In this document: in pieces, positions 38,525-49,300 of the stretch | Position numbering within the stretch: the first letter of the stretch is position 1 | Layout of the letters: each line of letters opens with the position of its first letter | Assembly (NCBI GenBank): GCA_963665295.1 | Contig: OY762209.1 | Location: 544,001-608,000 of the forward strand | Direction of reading: 5' to 3' | From: Syntrophorhabdaceae bacterium | GTDB taxonomy: Bacteria > Desulfobacterota > Syntrophorhabdia > Syntrophorhabdales > Syntrophorhabdaceae | Length of the DNA: 64,000 nucleotides | Notes under the pieces: model-generated | What the model saw: only the letters and a program-made list of their open reading frames with translations | Databases searched by the model: none | What the model was told of the DNA's origin: nothing | Position numbers and translations under genes: made by a program

Positions 38525-39454
38525 TCAGGCGTTCCCTTTATCCTTTTCCAGGAAATGGCGCAGGGTCTCATTCCTGAGTCTCACCATCTTTTCCTTCATC
38601 TCCGGAGTCCAGTCATAGAACCCCTTGCCCGACTTCAGACCGAGGTTGCCATCCTCCACCAGCTTTTGCATCAATTTGGAGGGCTCCGATGCCCTCGACA
38701 AATCGGCGAAAAGGTACGTGGATATGATGTGGAATATGTCGAGGCCACCCATGTCCGCGCTCAGGAAGGGACCGGTCACGGGAAGACGCCTGCCGTGGCC
38801 GTATATGATCGATTTATCCACCTCCTCGACATCCGCATAGCCCTGTTCCACGATGTAAAGGGCCTCCCTCAAAAGGGCCAGTTGGAGCCTGTTGCCTATA
38901 AAACCGGGGCACTCTTTATTCATGCGGACCGGCTGCTTGCCCAGGGCCTTCACCCATTCCATGGTCCTGTCCATAACCTCCCCGGACGTCTTTTCGCCGG
39001 GCACAACCTCCACAAGGGGAATGAGTTGGGGTGGGTTCCAGAAATGGGCGACCACGACCCTTTCCGGATGGTTCAGACCCTTTGCGATGGCGGTAGGACT
39101 CAATCCGGACGTGTTTGTCGCAAGGATGACGTCAGGAGGCCGAATCTCGTCCAGTTCTTTAAAAACCTTCTGCTTGAACTCAAGGTTTTCGGGCAGACAT
39201 TCCATAACGAGATCAGCGGACCCGGCTGCCTCGCGGATCGACGTCACGCATGTGATCCTCTCCATTACCGCTGAGACGCCGTCCCCGGGCAGCGCCATTC
39301 CGTTGAGGCTTTCCCTGATCATGTTCAGTGCCCTTTCAAGCAACTCCTGAGAGACATCGCACAACACCACGCGCCGGGAAGCGAGCGCCCCAAGCTCCGC
39401 GATGCCATGCCCCATCGTTCCCGCACCCAATACCGCAACATTTCTGATTTCCAT
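38525..39454 (-). CDS. 3-hydroxyacyl-CoA dehydrogenase family protein
   Basis: GAGTMGHGIA, E..PE..EFK, ATNTS, HFWNPP, PGFIGNRLQ, GLKSGKGFY. Confidence 0.9.
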   Translation of the reverse strand: MEIRNVAVLGAGTMGHGIAELGALASRRVVLCDVSQELLERALNMIRESLNGMALPGDGVSAVMERITCVTSIREAAGSADLVMECLPENLEFKQKVFKELDEIRPPDVILATNTSGLSPTAIAKGLNHPERVVVAHFWNPPQLIPLVEVVPGEKTSGEVMDRTMEWVKALGKQPVRMNKECPGFIGNRLQLALLREALYIVEQGYADVEEVDKSIIYGHGRRLPVTGPFLSADMGGLDIFHIISTYLFADLSRASEPSKLMQKLVEDGNLGLKSGKGFYDWTPEMKEKMVRLRNETLRHFLEKDKGNA

Positions 39455-39765
39455 GCCACCCTCCCGAAGAACCGGTCCGCCATCCCAACAAACCGGGGAA
39501 AGGTCCAGGCGGTGAGCCTTCCCGGTCTGCGCCAAGCCCTGTACCACGGGCGCCTGAGTCCAGTAAACCTCATCGGGATACTCCTGTCAAGGGCGGCTGC
39601 GGCAAAGGCGGAATTGCCCCGTCGCCCGGATGGCGGGGAGTTCACTGCCCTGAGGTGTTGATGGCGGGGCGGCGGGCGGTTTATAGAGACCACGGGATGA
39701 TTAATTCTGTTGAGCCCCCATGGAAGAAATGTGATACTTAGGTAATGTGAGACTTTGGAGGGGTT

Positions 39766-41478
39766 ATGATAAAGAGGTCGTCAGGTGGGTTCCCGGTTGT
39801 CGCTTCCATGATTCTTTTTTGCGTGAGCTTCATTTTCCATCCTTTTGCGTCGTCGGCAGCCTCCGAAGTCTCTGCCGGGCCTCCCGCCGGTCGGACAACC
39901 GTCCAACTGAAAGGCAATGCGCCGCAGTCCACGGCCCCCGCCGATGAGAAGAAATCCGACTGCAAGTATGTAGGGTCGGCTGCGGGAACCTTTTCGGGCG
40001 ACGACAGCGGCACATGGGACGCTTTTGTCAACAGTGGGTGCAAAATAAGTGGAAGCGGCCATTCAGAGGAAGTAGGGAATTTCACGGTAACGGGCAACGT
40101 GTCGTCGGGGGGCAAGATCCGTATGGTTGCAGGCTCCGCAACGACAGGCGCCGTTTTTGACGGGCAGATTGCCGGTTCCGGGGCAATATCAGGCTCCTGG
40201 CGAAACGCCCTCTGGGCGGAGACCGGTACATTCGAAGGGACTTTCTCGTCCTACGCCATACCGCCCATAGATATCGGAGAAATCAGCTTCAACTGGGGGG
40301 AGGAAAGTTCCGCCATCAATCTGAAGGCCCGCGTCAACAAGGCGGATGTCGCCGTTCCGATTCCTGAATACGTGAAAGGCGCAGCAAGCGAGCCAGCCGC
40401 ATATGTAAGGAATGCGGCGGTGACCATTCAGGCCAGATTTGTGGCTAATAGCCCCTTGAATCAGGTTACCGTGTGGGCGGAGGGAAGCCTTGGCGGGCTT
40501 CCGAAAAAGACGGTTGACTTCGGGGGCGCCACGTCGTCTCCCTCCGTTGACTTCACTGCCTTGAAGAGGCTGCCCAATAAGATCGGCGTAAACAAGATCG
40601 TGTGGAAATGGAAATACATGGGCCTGGACGGCAAGGTCAGGGATATGGGCAAGACCTCTCATGTGGCGTATACCTCCTTCGCAGCGCCACTCTCCACCCC
40701 CGTGTACAAAGAGCTTATGGCCTGGACGGCCGACTGGGCAAGCAATCTGGGCAACGAAAAGCAGATCACCGACGCCATCATCAGGAAACTGGGGCGGTCG
40801 GGGATGCAGTACGGCATGGCGGCCTGGGACACGGCCACCATGCTGGATGCGGGCGGCGGCATGTGCGGCGGATGGTCGCAAATGTTTGCCGACATGGCGG
40901 CGACTCACGGGGTGTTTCTGCACCGGAGGTGCTTTATTCTGCAGAATGACGCAGTCCCATCGCCGGAGGCGAAGTGGCTTTATATCGTCATAAAGGCAGC
41001 GGGCCTGAACAGAAGCGAACCGGCGACCGACCCGTGGAATTGGGGAGACGTGGACAAGAAGTCGGCATACCCCTATCCCCTGTACCTGGGTAACCTTTCC
41101 AAAAAAGATGACGTGAACTACGTAACGGAAAAGAGATGGGCCTTCGCCTCACCCTATGATGGGCATTGCATCGATTTCCTCGAATATGACGGAAAGGTCT
41201 ATCTCTATGACCCCAGTTTCGGCAAGGGTCCGTTCAATAACACCTTCACCTCGGTGCCGAGCGGTTCAATGACGGGGACCGCCCTGAGCACGTTCAGGAC
41301 GAACTACCACGACAAGGCCATCGACTACTTGAGGGGTGTCATTGCATACCGTAGCTGCCGCACCTGTGAGCCCGAGACCGACCCGTCTTTCGAACTGGAC
41401 GTGAAAACGAAGAACATACCGGCCCTGCGTGACCCGGCAACGCCGGAAACATTTGAAATGCACTATATATGGGATTAA
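39766..41478 (+). CDS. Secreted protein with putative C-terminal transglutaminase/papain-like domain
   Basis: Signal peptide; GGMCGGW...DGHC...YLYDPSFG (Cys-His-Asp order). Confidence 0.6.
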   Translation: MIKRSSGGFPVVASMILFCVSFIFHPFASSAASEVSAGPPAGRTTVQLKGNAPQSTAPADEKKSDCKYVGSAAGTFSGDDSGTWDAFVNSGCKISGSGHSEEVGNFTVTGNVSSGGKIRMVAGSATTGAVFDGQIAGSGAISGSWRNALWAETGTFEGTFSSYAIPPIDIGEISFNWGEESSAINLKARVNKADVAVPIPEYVKGAASEPAAYVRNAAVTIQARFVANSPLNQVTVWAEGSLGGLPKKTVDFGGATSSPSVDFTALKRLPNKIGVNKIVWKWKYMGLDGKVRDMGKTSHVAYTSFAAPLSTPVYKELMAWTADWASNLGNEKQITDAIIRKLGRSGMQYGMAAWDTATMLDAGGGMCGGWSQMFADMAATHGVFLHRRCFILQNDAVPSPEAKWLYIVIKAAGLNRSEPATDPWNWGDVDKKSAYPYPLYLGNLSKKDDVNYVTEKRWAFASPYDGHCIDFLEYDGKVYLYDPSFGKGPFNNTFTSVPSGSMTGTALSTFRTNYHDKAIDYLRGVIAYRSCRTCEPETDPSFELDVKTKNIPALRDPATPETFEMHYIWD

Positions 41479-41493
41479 TTACGGGGGATAACC

Positions 41494-41940
41494 ATGAAAA
41501 AAACAATAGCCTGTGTCTGTGTCGGTGCTGCAATCTTCTTTTCCTTTTTCGCGGGTTCCGTTGTGGCTGCCGATAACCCCGGTGTGGACCGGAACTCCGC
41601 GGTCGTCTCCGTCTCCCGATTCCTTCAGGATACGGAGGCGCCGGTGGATTACACCGAGGTCTCCCGGGCCATCCTCCTTCTCGGCCCCGGCAGCGAGGGG
41701 TTGCTCGTGCAGGTATTGAAACGGGAGAAGGCGGTCAAAGTCACTGAAGGGGTCAGGCTTCCAGGGGTCATGAGCCCCCTGGACATGCTCAAGGCAACCG
41801 CCCTCGATGCCCTTGGAGAACTTCGCGCCTATCAGTGTATTAATGAAATGAAAGAGGTGTACCACAAAACCGGAAACGGTACGTTGCGCCGCATAGCGAA
41901 GAAGAATATTGAAGCCCTGGGCGGCTCCGCGGATGAATAG
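41494..41940 (+). CDS. Small secreted helical (HEAT-like) protein
   Basis: Signal peptide; ALDALGELRA...LRRIAKKNIEAL. Confidence 0.6.
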   Translation: MKKTIACVCVGAAIFFSFFAGSVVAADNPGVDRNSAVVSVSRFLQDTEAPVDYTEVSRAILLLGPGSEGLLVQVLKREKAVKVTEGVRLPGVMSPLDMLKATALDALGELRAYQCINEMKEVYHKTGNGTLRRIAKKNIEALGGSADE

Positions 41941-41981
41941 GCGGCCGGCGATTTCCCCATCGGGCCTTTCGTGAGTCGCCC

Positions 41982-42608
41982 ATGATGTTCGACACTATCC
42001 TGCTTTACGCTATCACGTGCTTTACGGTTACCGTCATTCCAGGCCCCACCATGCTTCTCGCCCTCACCAACGGGACATCCCGAAGATGGCGGGTAGCTGC
42101 CATGGGCATTCTCGGCGCTGCCCTTTCCGACCTGCTTCTCATCGGCGCAGTTTCCATCGGCTTGGGTGCCTTGCTGGCAGCCTCCGAAACCATCTTCTCC
42201 GTGGTCAGATGGGTCGGCGTCTTCTACCTTGCATGGCTCGCGATCCAGTTGTGGCGCAATCAACCTGCCGGGTTGCCGACAGGCTCCGGTTGCCTGCGTC
42301 TGTCGGCGGGGAGAGCCTTTTTCAGGAGTCTCCTGGTGTCGTTGTCGAATCCGAAGGGTTTGCTCTTCTTTTCCGCGTTCCTCCCCCAGTTCATCGACAC
42401 CTCCAAGGCGCAGACGCCTCAGTACCTGCTGCTCGCACTGCTCACGGCAGCAATGGACATCGTGGTAATGGCCTGCTACGCGACCGGCGGCGCCCAAGCC
42501 GCACGGCTTCTTACCGTCAAAGGCCTGCGTCGTTTGAACAGGGGGTGTGCGTCGCTGTTGTTATCGCTCGCCGCTTTCCTGGCGCTCTATCGCAAGTCAA
42601 ATGCGTGA
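41982..42608 (+). CDS. LysE/RhtB family exporter
   Basis: PGPTM, G..YLAWL, SNPKGLLFF.AFLPQF. Confidence 0.9.
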   Translation: MMFDTILLYAITCFTVTVIPGPTMLLALTNGTSRRWRVAAMGILGAALSDLLLIGAVSIGLGALLAASETIFSVVRWVGVFYLAWLAIQLWRNQPAGLPTGSGCLRLSAGRAFFRSLLVSLSNPKGLLFFSAFLPQFIDTSKAQTPQYLLLALLTAAMDIVVMACYATGGAQAARLLTVKGLRRLNRGCASLLLSLAAFLALYRKSNA

Positions 42609-42676
42609 CCCCTTGCGCCCGGGGTCGGCTATCCGGTAACATGTACCCGCGGCAAGCCTCAATTCCGTGCCGGTCT

Positions 42677-43699
42677 CTAGGCAAGCCCGGACATGAGGCG
42701 GTTTATGTATCCGTCGATTCCGCCTTCCGCTGTTTTGTCGATTCTCTCCATTTCGGGCCTGATCCGTTTCATGGTCTCTTCATTGCGGACCACGTCGAGG
42801 GACAGGTTGCTGTAGGAGCTTCGCTTCAAAAGCGAGAATGCCTGTTTCTGCTCTTTCGATAGAGAAAGGTAATCGTCAAGGCCCTTCAGCATCCGCTCCT
42901 TATCTTCATCGAGATACCCGTTCACATCCATGAGAAGGTTCAGGCCGAAGTCACCGCAGACAAGATAGCTGTGCATGGCGTTGAGGTGCTCCAGGAGCAT
43001 GCGGATTTCCCTTATTATCTCTTCATCGGTCATGGGAAAAAAGGTGCCGTCTTCAACCATCTTCCTCATGGAGGACCTGGGGTGCATGGCGAAGGTACGG
43101 ACCCTGATAAAGTCCGGCTGAACCATGTTCAAAAGCCGTACTGTCTCCAGGGCATGCTCTTCGCTCAGCGTCCTGCCGCCGATACCGGGCATGATATATT
43201 CGGACAATTCAATGCCTGCTTCTTTGACGTGTCTGCCGCCCACGACAATATCATCCGGGGTTATCCCCTTCCTGATCATCTTCAACACCTTTTCGGAGCC
43301 GCTCTCCATTCCGACATGCAACCTCGTCAATCCGGCTTCCTTCAATTGCGTGAGTTCCGCGACGGTTCTTCTCTTGAGGGTCGGCGCCCTTGCATAAGAT
43401 GTTATCCTTACAATAGAAGGGAATTTCTCTTTGAGATACTTTATGATCTCCAAAACGTCTTCGGTTTTCAGTACAAGGGAATCGCCGTCCTGCAAGAACG
43501 CTGTCCGGACGGGATAGTCTCCGTATTCCCTCGCCATGCTGTCAATATCCTTCTTTACCTCTTCCACCGTTCTCCGCGAAAACTTCGTCCCCTTGTAGGA
43601 CGAACAAAAGGTACACTGATTCCACGGACAATTTCTCGTTACCCTAACCAGGAGGCTCGAAGCCTCGCTGGGGGGCCTTATGTTCCCTTGTTCATACAT
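42677..43699 (-). CDS. Radical SAM protein
   Basis: IRPPSEASSLL..TRNCPWNQCTFC, FLQDGD, HVGMESG. Confidence 0.88.
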   Translation of the reverse strand: MYEQGNIRPPSEASSLLVRVTRNCPWNQCTFCSSYKGTKFSRRTVEEVKKDIDSMAREYGDYPVRTAFLQDGDSLVLKTEDVLEIIKYLKEKFPSIVRITSYARAPTLKRRTVAELTQLKEAGLTRLHVGMESGSEKVLKMIRKGITPDDIVVGGRHVKEAGIELSEYIMPGIGGRTLSEEHALETVRLLNMVQPDFIRVRTFAMHPRSSMRKMVEDGTFFPMTDEEIIREIRMLLEHLNAMHSYLVCGDFGLNLLMDVNGYLDEDKERMLKGLDDYLSLSKEQKQAFSLLKRSSYSNLSLDVVRNEETMKRIRPEMERIDKTAEGGIDGYINRLMSGLA

Positions 43700-44217
43700 A
43701 TTATCAGGCTCCTGTAAGAATACCCCTACCCCCGTGCCTCCATAGTCCTTCACCGCCGATCAATATCAACATAGCGTTCCCTATCAGATAACCTTACCCT
43801 ATTCGAGCGTGTCCGTCCATAGCAACCCCCTTCCCACGGCTATCTCCCTGCGCTGTGGATCAGGCCCGCTACGTAGACCCTGCTGCCGTGTACTATCTGA
43901 TCAATATTTACGATGTGATATTGTCGTCTACGGCAAGTCAGAATAAATAGCCTGCTTCCGCCTCGCAAAGGGGCCTTTCCTTTGCGACGAGTCGTGGGAC
44001 GCCCCCCATTCCTCCTGTTAGCGTGACATCCCTTTAATGCAATTTGGTTTTCATTGACAAAATGACGTCACATATGATACTTCGAAGCCGGGCGTTCCTT
44101 GCATGTCCATTCCGTGGCGTTGGCGCGTGGAGCTTCCCCTTTATTCAGCCCCTGTTGCGCGACTGGTCCGGCGATCGGAGCAGTCTTGGCCTATAATTCC
44201 GGAAAGGAGCGAAGACC

Positions 44218-44655
44218 ATGTCGGCAGATGAGATAACCGGCCGGCAACCCCGTGGTATTCTCGTATTGAGGACCGTGGCGATGCCGAAAGACACAAACTC
44301 CAAGGGCAATATTTTCGGCGGTTGGATCCTGTCCCAAATGGACATAGCCGGGGACCTGATGGCATCGGAGATCGCCCGGGGCAGGACGGTTACAGTCTCG
44401 GTGGACAGGATGACATTCAAACTGCCTGTCCGGCTGGGGGAAGTTATCGGCATATACGCGGAGTTGGCAAGAGTGGGCACTTCATCCATGGACATCATGC
44501 TTGAAGTCTGGGCCAGACAACTCCTCGGGGCGTACGAGGCGGAACACCAGCTGGTCACGGAAGGCACATTCCGTTATGTCGCCATCGATGATGACGGCAA
44601 ACCCCGCATGGTACCTGACAACCCGCAATTCTTTTCGAGGCGCACGCCGGATTAA
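44218..44655 (+). CDS. yciA: Acyl-CoA thioesterase (hotdog fold)
   Basis: AMPKDTNSKGNIFGGWILSQMD, GRTVTV, VGTSSM, FRYVAID. Confidence 0.88.
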   Translation: MSADEITGRQPRGILVLRTVAMPKDTNSKGNIFGGWILSQMDIAGDLMASEIARGRTVTVSVDRMTFKLPVRLGEVIGIYAELARVGTSSMDIMLEVWARQLLGAYEAEHQLVTEGTFRYVAIDDDGKPRMVPDNPQFFSRRTPD

Positions 44656-44689
44656 CCGAAGGGTGCCAAGGGGACCGCAAACAACCCTG

Positions 44690-45049
44690 ACGGTCTTCCA
44701 CACGATTACCCGTCTTCGTCATGCCCTCGCTCATGCCAAGGCCCTCCTCTGCGGAGGAGCAGGACGGGGCAAGGTGATATTCGAGCACCGTGTGCACGGG
44801 TCCAAAGGCATGGAGTACTCCCCTTCGGCAAACGCTCTCGACCACGTGAGCAAGGTGAATGACATGGCGGCCCTCCACCCAGGGAGCATAGGCGGCCCGG
44901 GAGAAGGCTTCGTCAAATCCGGCCGGGTGAAAATAGTGGATACCGGGAAGATAGAACGCCCCTTCGGCTTTATCACCATAGGCGAGCCTCAGGGCAAGGT
45001 AAAAAAGGTAATAGAGGCCTACCGCAAGGAGGCCGACATAGCCGAATAG
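44690..45049 (+). pseudogene. Probable C-terminal remnant of a PstS-like periplasmic binding protein
   Basis: HPGSIG...VKIV...IERPFGFITIGEPQGKVKKVIE resembles a PBP C-terminus; no credible start or signal peptide. Confidence 0.35.
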
Positions 45050-45169
45050 CACGCAGGAGCGAGCTATTGCCCGGGTAATCAGCCGACGCCGACGCCCGGC
45101 CTCTCAGGACGACGGCCGGCCGGCCGTGATGAGTGAACCGAGAGGAAAGGCTGCATGGGCCTGGTGGGG

Positions 45170-45440
45170 GGGTGGTCGGGGAGGGTTCTTCCCGGATGCT
45201 CCCTGGCGCTGAAATGTGACCCATTGCTCAATTTCACCGCCCTCGATACGCAGTGCGCAGCAAGTCTTCATTTAAGGGTAAGTCGGCAGTCCGCAAATCC
45301 TGCCTGTTTCGTCACGCCTGATCCTCCTGTCCGGCGCATCGTGCCCGCAGGAAGACGCGGTCACCGGTCGGCAAAATCGGGCAGGGTCCCCACATTTCAT
45401 CTTAATGCTCGCCACCGGGAAGAACCCTCCCCGACCACCC
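45170..45440. repeat. 26-bp perfect inverted repeat with longer imperfect inner arms (MITE/REP-like)
   Basis: gggtggtcggggagggttcttcccgg (45170-45195) and its exact reverse complement (45415-45440). Confidence 0.75.
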
Positions 45441-45522
45441 GGAACGTTGGGATTGGAGAGCATGTATTACCGATCGAGGCCGGTTCCTGTCCCCTCTTCA
45501 CAAGACGTCATCTGTCGTAATT

Positions 45523-45714
45523 TTGGGATATAATATCGTACACGGCAAGCGCGGGGTAAGCGCCGACACGGCCCTTCGCCTTTCCCGCTATCTTTCCCTA
45601 CCAGAACGTTGTTGGCTCAACCTGCAGTCAAGCTATGACCTTGAGGTCGAAAAAGACAAGCTGAAAAGCAGGATCGAAAGGGAAGTGAAAATACTTGAGA
45701 AAACAACCGCATAG
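45523..45714 (+). pseudogene. higA: N-terminally truncated HigA-family antitoxin
   Basis: IVHGKRGVSADTALRLSRY...WLNLQSSYDL; lacks the N-terminal HPGE segment; no higB upstream. Confidence 0.75.
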
Positions 45715-46387
45715 CAGCAGGGATGAGAGCCATTCGGCCATTCAACTGCGCGGGTCCCGAAAGTGCCCGGCTCGTTGTTGAGATTCCCTGTCGTGCCAAA
45801 CCCTTGTCCTGGCTTATTTTGCGGGATCACCCCAGAGGGCGGAGGTCCGTCGAAGATGGATCGTATTAAACGCCTGAAGGCCGTCCACGTCTACCCCTCG
45901 TTTTGAACCAAAATCCTCTATGTCTGCGGTCCTTGTCTGTCTGCTAAAGATCCCTCCTTCCTGAAGGCGAGTTTGTGTGTGTTTTTCGCGATATGAACAT
46001 GAACATATCATGTGGCAACAGATTGCCTCCTGCGTAATTAACCTCGCCGCGAAATGATTCTGTTTGCTGGGGTCACACGCGTTTTGATCCTCGTCCCAAT
46101 TGAAAATAGTAATGGTGATGAGGGGAAAACCATGTCAAATACTGATTGTGAAAAGTGTCGAATATTAGGAACTTGCGTGGGGGCAAAATGGTGCGGAAAA
46201 AACTAATGATTTGTACGCACAAATCAACTACTCCTTCCTGAAAGCAAGTCTGCGGTCTCTTCCCCTCGTGTACTGAGTTTCATTCGGTAAAATACAACCA
46301 TACGGTCCATGGCAAGGAATTAATTTGACATTATTTTTGCCCAATACGAGAATAGAACAAATACCTTAAATAAGCAGGATAAGACGG

Positions 46388-49300
46388 ATGGTAGGGGTCA
46401 TTGAATTATTTAAAGGACCGACCCCGATACCCTTACGGCCAGCCTCAAACGGAGGACAGGAAGACAAATTGTCTGAGGAATTTAGTCAATCGGGTTGGGA
46501 TAAACTGAATGCTCGTTTTGCAGAACGAACTCGATGGGCCAATCTGTCAGTAACTATCGAAGAGATCGCAAAAGAAAACAGGTCACTTATCGAGAGCCTT
46601 AATAGGTTCGATCCAAAGTTTGCCATTCCCCTCCTGGCAAGCCTTCTAACACTCCCAAAATACCAATCGCATTGTATCCGCTTTGAAATTCTGGTTGTTC
46701 TAGCGATAATCCACTGCCGCGGCAGGAAAAAGGCGAGTCTAAATGAACCGATTCGCTGGTTCTCTCAGATAGGCGAGTCGCAATGCGTGTTAGGTGAAGA
46801 TCCTGCCGAAGATGTCTTTGTTTCTCTGGTGAGGGATGGCAAAGGAGACTACCGGCTTCTTCAAGGTATCTGGGAGTCCGCAGGTTTCTATACTCAATGT
46901 GTCTTGGACGCAATTGAGACCATGCCCAACACCGGCCAGTATGAGCAAATCAAGAAGAGCATCCGTGCTCTTCTCATAATATCCGATATAGTATGCAAGA
47001 AAGCCGGTCTCTCTCGCTATCAACTGGGTTCCGATGAGCGCTATTCAACGTTATCACCGCAGGCACTTCCGGGACGTAATGCCCTAATCTCTCGCGTGAC
47101 AATTACGTTCACGGAGTTGGATGAATACGGCATTACTCCCACCGATATCTTGCCGTTTACCTTTCATCCTGAGATGCGAAACGAATTGCCTATGCAACAA
47201 ATTGGCCTTAGTTACTTGCATCGCTGTCCGCTCATCGTGCACGATGAGCCTCGTCTCACGGTCGCCCTCCCTTCAGCCCTGTCGGTAGCAATTCGGGACT
47301 ATGCGATCGCAAATGTCATAGAAAGCGGACTGACTGAAACTTTTGATGATGCGCTTGCTCAGAATTACTCCAGACTATTCTTCGATACACCTCTCCTTGG
47401 CGGTCCAACGCGAGCCCCGGTCTTCTGGGAAAAGTCAGGTACATTCCAATGGTCGAATTTCTCCCTAAGAGTCGATGAAGGCTACTTCATCTCGTTCCAC
47501 GTGGTCCTACCGTCAGTGCAGATGCATCCCGATGGTGGCTTCAAGGGCGTCTATCGAGATGGAGGAAATCTGGCCAAAACGCTGCAATCTTCGATCAATG
47601 GGGTTGTCAAGCATTTCCAAGGGCAGAACGATTTCAAAGAGGGACTTGTTGTTCTCGTACTCTGCGGCTGGGGTAAAGGTTATACTACCCAAGTTGTCAA
47701 ACTCGCTGACCCGCATTGGCGCTTGGAAACCATGTCCTCAGCGGATCTCGTACGACTCAGTTGGCTTGGTGACATGAGTCCCAGCTACTTCTGGCGCATT
47801 CAAGACGGGTTGGAAGCCGTAAGGAAGGCTGGGGTCGAGATCGTCAATCCCAATGGGATTCTGAACCTGATCGGATGGGTACGCAGCAACAACGGCCACT
47901 TCGTGCCGCATGCACAGCTACCAGAAGGCGAGATTTCCCCAGAACGGCCCCTAATACTCAACCTCCCTCTCAACCTTCTGCGGGAAGTGCGCGCTGATTC
48001 CGATCGCGGTTATGACCGACACAGCGTGGTGGATAACGTTGGAGTTCAGCACGACGTCCAACACGTCTCGCCCAAGCCATTTTTCAGCAGCGGAAGCTCG
48101 CGACGTGTCTATGCCTCCATGGACGACATCGAAAAGGGAACGCATACGTCAGTGTATGAAGGCTCACTCAAGCTTTGGATCTCACTGACCGCGCGCAACT
48201 TCTCAGAAATAGAAGTCGAATCCCGGCTGTGGGAAATGGCAAATGAATGGCTCCGCCGCGTCGGCGATGCCCTCGATAAACGGTACGGTGCGATAATCGA
48301 GACGCGTAATCTCAAGGCCTATGTTGAATTCCATGACGATGACATACCAAAGGAAGGAGGAGATAAACCAGCTTTCGAAGATCTTCTTCCCTGTTGTATA
48401 ATAGAGCCTCACAGCGAGCCTAATGCTTGTAAAGCTGTCTTCCAAGCCGGGTTCGTAGCTGGCTTTCGCATCGCCGAGAATGTTGCCGAGCGACTCTTCG
48501 TCCGCACTGTGGCGCGGGCCTATTTGCATCTCCTCGGTATAGAAGATTGCGATGGTGAGGCCAAGGCCGTTGAGGCCCTTGTCGTTCCAAATGACGACGC
48601 GCGTAGCTTCCATCTCGTTTACGCGCAACAATTCATGGACTACGTTCGCGATACTTTGCCCAAAAAGCTAATCGCTATCGATCCGGTAGATGATGCCGCC
48701 AGCAAGATAGGCCTTGGTTGGCGTGTCCTTGAAAGAAACCAAAGCAACAAGATCGAAGGAAAAGATGCTTGTACAAGCTTTCTTCGTAAAATAGTTGATG
48801 TCTTGCTGACTGAAATTTTCGTCGCACTTCAATCGTTTAGCCGGCTTTCAGCGCTGATGCGCCTTGTGGCCAATTCTGAAAAAGCAAATGACGAGGCGTA
48901 CCATTGGGGGCGGACATCAGCAGCTCTCCTTGGTCTCCATGGCAACGAGCCAGGCACCGTCGATCGCTATGTCGAGCAGATGTCGAAGTTTGCTGGAGCC
49001 AATGTCGCAAGCCGTATTCTGATTGAGATCGGCTTATGTGTCTGTCCGGCAGGGGGAGGGACCCAACTCTCGGATATCGAGCTAAGCAAGTTGATCGCGC
49101 AGGCTGCCTTGGTAGTACGTATTGGTGGTCTCTCGGACGCGATATATTATAACGCGCTCGCCCCGGAACTCACTATTTCGCCTTTGGGTGACATCCTCTT
49201 TCGCAATGATTTTGGCCTCATGGTGGTCGAACCTATGCTGGCCCGCGAGATGGAGAACAGGTTTATCGGTAGTGCCCCCTTGCAGAGGAAGAATTATGAA

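Noticed and set aside
46030..46115. BrnT-like toxin remnant on the minus strand (TIFNWDEDQN, RIISRR)
   Set aside because: Only two short motif-like fragments in different frames; too little to call.
46170..46200. gggggcaaaatggtgc as a phage or island attachment-end motif
   Set aside because: No integrase, tRNA or matching second copy visible.
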